DNA from: an uncultured virus (IMG/VR IMGVR_UViG_3300029705_000096)
Taxonomy: Duplodnaviria; Heunggongvirae; Uroviricota; Caudoviricetes
Virus record (IMG/VR): IMGVR_UViG_3300029705_000096
Strand: one strand, 5' to 3'
Length of the DNA stretch: 64,000 nucleotides
The notes below the pieces were generated by a model. The model was given only the letters and a program-made list of their open reading frames with translations, did not search any database and was not told where the DNA came from. The position numbers were made by a program, and so were the translations under genes. This document shows positions 58,387-64,000 of this stretch, piece by piece; positions within the stretch are counted from its first letter, which is position 1; every line of letters begins with the position of its first letter.

Positions 58387-59058
58387 GTGGCATATATCGA
58401 CCATGAAAGATTTCTTGATCTCAAAAAGCGAGTACGAGAAGAATGCCTCAAAAGGTGCTACACTGGATCGGTGCTGATGTATGGAAGTCAAGACTTTGAC
58501 TTTGAAAACCAACCTGCGGAAGGAAATCTGATTCTTGGGGAGCATTATGAGAAAATTGCAACCCCCCTCGCTGCGATCAATTCTGACCTAGTTCCAGATT
58601 TAGATCCCAAACGAATTGTCTCCGAAGAAGAACTCGCTATGTTGGAGGCGGCAGTAACTACATTTGAGGCAGAGTCGAAAGCAAGGACAACTCCGGGTGA
58701 ATGCAAATCGTCCTGCACCGGAACCTGTTATACAGAATGCTCCGCATCATGTACCGGAAGTTGTGGTGGAAACTGTTCCGGTGGTTGTCTTACAAGCTGC
58801 AATGGGTGCGACGGATGTAGTGGCAGCTGCACCAACGTATGTTCTGGATGCACAAGTACATGCAAAACGCACTGTACTGGAGGATGCAGCGGTTCCTGCA
58901 AGGAGACCTGCACTGTTTCTTGTGGATTTAGGGGTTGCTCCGGAAGCTGTAGAAATCATTGCTACAATGGTTGCGTTTCTTCTTGCGGTGGAGGCTGCTC
59001 AACTTGTGGCAGCAACTGTTCGGGCGTTAGTCTAGTAGGAACGCAAAGCAGTCATTAA
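58387..59058 (+). CDS. Cys-rich CXXX-repeat protein, probable rSAM substrate
   Basis: About 105-aa N-domain followed by 28 Cys, mostly in CXXX spacing and rich in S/T/G. Confidence 0.88.
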   Translation: MAYIDHERFLDLKKRVREECLKRCYTGSVLMYGSQDFDFENQPAEGNLILGEHYEKIATPLAAINSDLVPDLDPKRIVSEEELAMLEAAVTTFEAESKARTTPGECKSSCTGTCYTECSASCTGSCGGNCSGGCLTSCNGCDGCSGSCTNVCSGCTSTCKTHCTGGCSGSCKETCTVSCGFRGCSGSCRNHCYNGCVSSCGGGCSTCGSNCSGVSLVGTQSSH

Positions 59059-59069
59059 GAGGTGACAAC

Positions 59070-59618
59070 ATGAATATTGCATCAAAGTTTGATATAGCTG
59101 CCTTGAACCTTTTCGTGGCAGCAAGTGAGGGAACTGTTTCTACGGAACATAGAATGGAAATTTTCGAAAGCGTTGCTGGCGATCTTGACCTTATGGTCGA
59201 GGCCCTTAATGCGTTGATCGTCGGACACAATGCTAGAGTGTACTCTGGAACGCTTTCTGCGGAGAAGGCTTTTAAGTCCATTAAAGCAGAATACAAAGCA
59301 ATTGGTTTTGGAGAAATTGTTCCTTTCGATTGCATGGAAGGTCCTCTTGAGATGCTTTATTATAGAAAAAGCTCAGATGAAATAGATATGGACCACATGT
59401 TCGAGATCATCCAGAAGATGTTCCAAAAAAATGAAACCTGTCCCAACGAGAGAATTAAGTGTGGCGTATATCAGCTTGCGCTGAGAACAATTACGCACTA
59501 CAACCTCGTAGCAAAGGACATAAGTTTCTCCAGACAAGTCATCGATAAAGTAAATTCCTACACACAGGAACAAAAAGATTCCGCTCTTTTGCCCCCTGCC
59601 ATTGTGACAGAACTGTAG
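59070..59618 (+). CDS. Hypothetical protein
   Basis: 182 aa; RBS GAGGTG; follows the Cys-rich gene. Confidence 0.65.
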   Translation: MNIASKFDIAALNLFVAASEGTVSTEHRMEIFESVAGDLDLMVEALNALIVGHNARVYSGTLSAEKAFKSIKAEYKAIGFGEIVPFDCMEGPLEMLYYRKSSDEIDMDHMFEIIQKMFQKNETCPNERIKCGVYQLALRTITHYNLVAKDISFSRQVIDKVNSYTQEQKDSALLPPAIVTEL

Positions 59619-59628
59619 GAGGTATTCT

Positions 59629-59952
59629 ATGGCTATTGAAAAAATCACAGATAAGCCGGTGGCTGCATCGGCTGAATTGGCAGATCATATTTTGATCGTC
59701 ATAGACGGAAAGCTCCGAAGGGCTACTGTTGAAACACTGGCGGATATTTTGGTGGAAGGGCATATAGTCAAAATCAACGCTGATGTTACTTCTGCCGTCA
59801 ATGAAGCGACAGAGCTTGCTGATAGAATTAGAACATCGCTGGATAACGGGGAATTCAACGGAACGCCCGGTGCTGCAGGAATTTATATCGGCAAGGACGA
59901 ACCGACAGATCCTCACCATCCCGTATGGCTGTACTATGATCCCGAAGCATGA
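59629..59952 (+). CDS. Hypothetical tail-associated protein
   Basis: LDNGEFNGTPG…YIGKDEP…VW motif typical of fibre-associated proteins. Confidence 0.6.
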   Translation: MAIEKITDKPVAASAELADHILIVIDGKLRRATVETLADILVEGHIVKINADVTSAVNEATELADRIRTSLDNGEFNGTPGAAGIYIGKDEPTDPHHPVWLYYDPEA

Positions 59953-59993
59953 TTTGCAAGGATTAGAGAATCCCAAATAAAGGAGTACGGAAC

Positions 59994-60953
59994 ATGGATA
60001 AACAGTATGCGAGAAAAAGATCTCCCGTTACAATCGGAAGGCATGGCGAAAACAAAGCAAGGCAGATTCTGTTCGATATCTCGCGCTGGAAAAAGCTCTA
60101 CGGGTCTGGAACCGTAGCTCTTTTGCACAGGAGATGTGGAGACATCGAAGCATATCCTTGTCTCATCGAAATTGACGGAAACTTTGTTGTCTGGACGATC
60201 ATGGAATCTGACCTTGCCAAAGTTGGACAAGGTCAATGCGAACTCCAGTATCTTAAAGGCGAAACGGTCGTCAAATCTGAGGTCTGGGTCACAAAAGTAA
60301 ATAAATCCCTCACACACTGCGGAAACAGCTGCGATAACCCCCAAGACAGCTGGGTGACAAAAGTATTGCAGGCAGGTGCAGCTGTCCTTGAGGCGCAAAT
60401 GCACCCTCCGATGATTGGAGACAACGGGAACTGGTTGGTTTGGTCATCCGAGGAAAGCGCATACAAGGACACAGGAATTTCTGCCGGCGGATACAACGAT
60501 GCAGATAAACTGGATGTAGATCAAGGCGTAGAAAATTTCGGGAAAGCCATGGTGGTCGGACCAGACGGGCGATTGGTTCCGGCTTATGTGTCTCCCGTCA
60601 TTTCTGAAGAGCCTCCGGACGATCTTAATGTCGGGGCATACATCGACCCGAGAGAGGATTATGAGGAAGAAGAAGGTGTCCCTGTCGCTTCTGGTGGAAG
60701 CGTCAGATACGACAACCCTCAAAATCTATCCGAAGATCAGAAAAGACAAGCCAGAGAGAATATCGGAGCTTTTGCCTCAAGCCAAGGCGAAGAAAACGCC
60801 GAAAAACTCCTGTTTGTAGACAAGAACGGCATTGTCTCTGTACTAGCCATTGGAGCAGGGCTTGCGATAGTAGGAGGAAAGCTTACTCTTGCAACGCTCG
60901 CTACAACAACAGCCATACTGGGCACAGCGAAGCTCGGAGAAATGATCCTTTAG
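59994..60953 (+). CDS. BppU-like tail fibre/baseplate upper protein
   Basis: IGRHGEN…W…DL…G…ELQ; PMIGDNGNW; QNLSEDQKRQARENIG. Confidence 0.7.
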   Translation: MDKQYARKRSPVTIGRHGENKARQILFDISRWKKLYGSGTVALLHRRCGDIEAYPCLIEIDGNFVVWTIMESDLAKVGQGQCELQYLKGETVVKSEVWVTKVNKSLTHCGNSCDNPQDSWVTKVLQAGAAVLEAQMHPPMIGDNGNWLVWSSEESAYKDTGISAGGYNDADKLDVDQGVENFGKAMVVGPDGRLVPAYVSPVISEEPPDDLNVGAYIDPREDYEEEEGVPVASGGSVRYDNPQNLSEDQKRQARENIGAFASSQGEENAEKLLFVDKNGIVSVLAIGAGLAIVGGKLTLATLATTTAILGTAKLGEMIL

Positions 60954-60967
60954 GAAGGAGGATTTAC

Positions 60968-61468
60968 ATGAGCTACAAAAAACATATTTTTGCAGACGGG
61001 CATATACTAAAAGCCGAACATCTCAATGCCATGGAAGATCAGATCGCCCAGAACGAATCCAACAATGGCAACTTGGCTGACCTTTCCACAGACTCCAAAT
61101 CATCCACTGTTTCGGCGATCAATGAACTTAATTCAAAAAAGGCAAATGCACCAACCAAGGCAGCGGTTGGACAGATACTTGTCGTAAAATCGGTCGACTC
61201 AGAAGGACATCCAACAGAGTTTGAGACTATCGCACTTCCTCAATGTGATTTTGGAGAAGAAGCAAAGATACTGTTGGTGGATATTCTTGGAAGCGCAAAA
61301 TTTGAATCAGACCAAACATCCAACATTTCTGCTCTGGCAGAGGCGTTGGGTGTTGTTTTTTCACCTGAGCTTCCTGAAGAAAATGGCGTAGAAAAGGTCG
61401 ACGAGACGCTGGTTATCACTGACAATGTCGACGCAGTACAAGATGGAAACACACTGGTAATATCTTGA
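60968..61468 (+). CDS. Tail fibre-associated protein
   Basis: LNAMEDQI, LSTDSKSSTVSAINEL, AVGQILVVK motifs. Confidence 0.65.
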   Translation: MSYKKHIFADGHILKAEHLNAMEDQIAQNESNNGNLADLSTDSKSSTVSAINELNSKKANAPTKAAVGQILVVKSVDSEGHPTEFETIALPQCDFGEEAKILLVDILGSAKFESDQTSNISALAEALGVVFSPELPEENGVEKVDETLVITDNVDAVQDGNTLVIS

Positions 61469-61481
61469 GAGGAGTGAATTT

Positions 61482-62891
61482 ATGAGCAAAGACGTATTGA
61501 TCGGCGAACAGACGTATTCAGGAATAACAGACGTGCAGCTTAAAACCACAACTGGTCAAGCCGCCACGTTCAAAGATGTTGACGAGATCGTCACACCGAG
61601 CGGTGAAAAGGAAATCACAGCAAACGGCACATACGATATCACGGGATATGCCAGCGTGGTCGTAAATATTCCGACGGAGGGTGAAGCAATGACGATTAAC
61701 ACAGAAGCAAGCACAACATTTGAACTTGCAAATGGCACCGAATTCAGACGGGGAGAGGTAGCGGAACTTGTTCTTACAATCCCCGAGGAACTCCCCACAG
61801 CTTTTAGCTGTCAAGTTGCATTTACAAGTGGTGAAAACGCAACTAGCATTACAATGCCCACAGATGTCGTAATGCAAGGCGAATCTGTGTCCAATGGAGT
61901 TTTCACACCCAAGGCCCATTATCGATATGGTCTCATGTTCTGGTACGACGGCGAAATCGTGTGGTGTGTCATTTGTGCCGCAGCTCTGGAAGGAGCAGAA
62001 GACAATCCTGACGAAGGCGGCAGCGGAGATAATACCGGAGATGACACCGGCGATACTGGAAATACCGGAGGTTCTGGATCTGGCGGCGAAGATGATAACA
62101 CCGAGATGACTGGTAGCGGAACGGAGTCTGATCCGTACATGATTGCAACTGCAGCACAGTTCGTTGCACTTGGAGAAGAAGTTGATGCCGGCGATACGAA
62201 GAGTGGAGTTTATTACGCCGTTGCAAACGACCTCGATTTGGATGGCATCGAATGGAACCCCATTGGCGCAAACTATAAGAATACCAACAGTGACACCGAC
62301 AATAGCGGTAGCTTTGCCGGTACGATTGATGGTCGTGGTCACGTCATCCGCAATATCAGCATAAACGGCATGCAGTATGCAGGTCTGTTTGGCTCGAACT
62401 TTGCCGGTACAGTAATGAACCTTGGACTTGAAGGTGGCTCCATCAGCACGACTTATGCAAGTTCCACTTGCGGTGCCATTGCACGCAAGGGTTCCGGCAA
62501 GATCGTAAATTGCTACGCACGAGTTCCCGGTCAAGCTGTTACTCGTTCGTCCGGTATCATTGATGAGATCGAAGCTGGCGGCATGGTCCTTGGCTGTTAC
62601 CAAGCTGCAGCTATCAACAACGGAAATGGCTATGCGATCAAGTCTGCTACTACAACAACCGGAACAATTAAGTATTGCCTGTGGGATAGCACATTGACAG
62701 AAAAGGGTATTGCCGGGACTTCTTCTTCTGATTCCAACAATAACGGTATTACAACCGCAGAGTTTGCAACAGCTCATACAACCCTCAATAATAATCTTTC
62801 CGCTGTTGCTGCTGCGGCCGGAATCGATGTTGCCAAGCTGTGTGCTTGGGAGGCTGGTTCTGACGGTTATCCCAGACTGGTGGTGGCGTGA
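61482..62891 (+). CDS. Putative receptor-binding protein with GLUG-like beta-rich C-domain
   Basis: ITANGTYD repeat; GSGTESDPYMI…WNPIG…FAGTIDGRGHVI…YAGLFG. Confidence 0.7.
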   Translation: MSKDVLIGEQTYSGITDVQLKTTTGQAATFKDVDEIVTPSGEKEITANGTYDITGYASVVVNIPTEGEAMTINTEASTTFELANGTEFRRGEVAELVLTIPEELPTAFSCQVAFTSGENATSITMPTDVVMQGESVSNGVFTPKAHYRYGLMFWYDGEIVWCVICAAALEGAEDNPDEGGSGDNTGDDTGDTGNTGGSGSGGEDDNTEMTGSGTESDPYMIATAAQFVALGEEVDAGDTKSGVYYAVANDLDLDGIEWNPIGANYKNTNSDTDNSGSFAGTIDGRGHVIRNISINGMQYAGLFGSNFAGTVMNLGLEGGSISTTYASSTCGAIARKGSGKIVNCYARVPGQAVTRSSGIIDEIEAGGMVLGCYQAAAINNGNGYAIKSATTTTGTIKYCLWDSTLTEKGIAGTSSSDSNNNGITTAEFATAHTTLNNNLSAVAAAAGIDVAKLCAWEAGSDGYPRLVVA

Positions 62892-63823
62892 TGAGTCTTA
62901 CGATGAGACGATTTGCTGCAATTGCTCAACTATCGTCAGGTAGTGCAGTTGCGCCTGTTCTTCGGTACAAGCTCGGAATTATATCGGACTCTCACTCTGG
63001 ATACACAAATGCAGTTCCGCATTTAACGGCAACCTTGAATACGCTTCATAATCGTGGGGCGCAAGAAATCGTCACTTGCGGAGATAGTGCTGTAAATGGT
63101 ACTCAGGCAGAATGGGAGCAGTATATCAGCACAATCGAATCGTCCCCGTACAAGAGAACTCAAGTTCATGAGTGCAATGGCAACCACGATGGTGCCGCCC
63201 CCGATCTGACCACGTTTAAGCAGTATTCAAACAATGGAGCTTTGGTGGGAAAAGATCCGTACTTTGCGATCGACCTGTTTGGAGATCGTTTCATTTTCTT
63301 GGCTTTCGATGTTGGAACGTCTCCCAGCGGTGGAAACTGCTTCTCAACAGCACAGCTTGATTGGCTTGAAGAAGAGCTTCAGGAGCACTACGGCAAAGGG
63401 AAGAATGTGTGGATCATTGAACACTCTCTTTTCTATGGTTGGGGTGCTGGTGATATTATTTCCGCCCCTAGATACCCAAGAGCCTTGTCCCTTTCCTTTG
63501 ATAGCCATATCCGCCTGAAATCCATTTTGGAAGCACATCCCAAGCTTATCTTCCTCCACGGACATACGCATATTAGGCTTGAAGATGTTTCCGAAGGACT
63601 CGTTGCCCATGCACTTCCTGCGGATGCCGGATGCAATCAGATTCACGTCCCTGCTGTTACCGCAGGTAAGTTTATTGGAGGCAGCGGCGAACCCTCGGCG
63701 GATTTTAGTATGGACCCGGAATGCTGGTACTGCGAAGTTTACACAAACAAGATTGTTTTCATCGGTCTTAACGGCAATACTGGTGAAGAAATAGCAAACG
63801 TTTCTCATACTATTGCAGTCTAA
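62888..63823 (+). CDS. Calcineurin-like metallophosphoesterase
   Basis: SDSH, GD, GNHD, H, GHTH motifs. Confidence 0.9.
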   Translation: MMSLTMRRFAAIAQLSSGSAVAPVLRYKLGIISDSHSGYTNAVPHLTATLNTLHNRGAQEIVTCGDSAVNGTQAEWEQYISTIESSPYKRTQVHECNGNHDGAAPDLTTFKQYSNNGALVGKDPYFAIDLFGDRFIFLAFDVGTSPSGGNCFSTAQLDWLEEELQEHYGKGKNVWIIEHSLFYGWGAGDIISAPRYPRALSLSFDSHIRLKSILEAHPKLIFLHGHTHIRLEDVSEGLVAHALPADAGCNQIHVPAVTAGKFIGGSGEPSADFSMDPECWYCEVYTNKIVFIGLNGNTGEEIANVSHTIAV

Positions 63824-63849
63824 GAGAAGCGAAGAGTTGAGGTGTGAAA

Positions 63850-64000
63850 ATGGCAAGATATTACGTTCGAAATCCCGACAATCCTCAGGAGTGGCTGCTT
63901 GTAGGTGGTAACGCCAAAGGGGCTGTCCTGTACAACAGACCTCAAACTCTTAGCGAAGAAGCAAAGAGCGTTGCAAGAGACAATATTGGCTCAGCTTCCA
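63850..64000 (+). CDS. Tail fibre-associated protein (partial, runs off the window)
   Basis: RBS GAGGTG; QTLSEEAKSVARDNIG resembles the motif in 59994-60953. Confidence 0.6.
   Translation, partial: MARYYVRNPDNPQEWLLVGGNAKGAVLYNRPQTLSEEAKSVARDNIGSAS

Larger units (their letters stand above)
1..64000 (+). mobile_element. Temperate myovirus-type phage/prophage (incomplete at the right end)
   Basis: Canonical order of integrase, repressor, replication, terminase, portal, capsid, sheath, tube, tape measure, baseplate and fibre genes. Confidence 0.97.

Noticed and set aside
55689..64000. Diversity-generating retroelement or invertible fibre shufflon
   Set aside because: No reverse transcriptase, TR/VR pair, invertase or inverted cassettes were seen in the window; one could lie beyond the right edge.

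Overview
The window is most of a temperate, contractile-tailed (myovirus-type) phage or prophage of a Clostridia-like Bacillota host (host inferred from protein style). Gene order from the left: att region, large serine integrase, CI/Cro switch, recombination and replication genes, about 9 kb of small accessory genes, a DinJ-YafQ toxin-antitoxin pair, a ParB-led sugar/DNA-modification cluster, terminase, a very large portal fusion, a tRNA/ncRNA island, head, tail and baseplate genes, and tail-fibre genes that run off the right end. No lysis cassette is in the window. The top candidate for a new system is at 15526-16906. A stand-alone Cas7/RAMP-like gene is followed directly by a non-coding array of three units, each AACA plus 11-14 pentamers of constant GGY and variable NN, and then by a conserved partner gene. 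This is not a CRISPR array and looks like a phage RNA-guided system with a gapped dinucleotide code. Other notable items: (1) a radical SAM/SPASM maturase with a 28-Cys CXXX-repeat target among the tail-fibre genes; (2) a portal-Nudix-ADP-ribosyltransferase-toxin fusion with a nearby ADP-ribosylhydrolase; (3) an in-frame amber codon upstream of the Walker A motif of the large terminase; (4) two distant copies of an iteron-like element; (5) a five-copy TTGACT-N16-TACGAT promoter; (6) repeated RNA-like modules between tRNAs. All family assignments come from motif recognition by eye, with no database searches.
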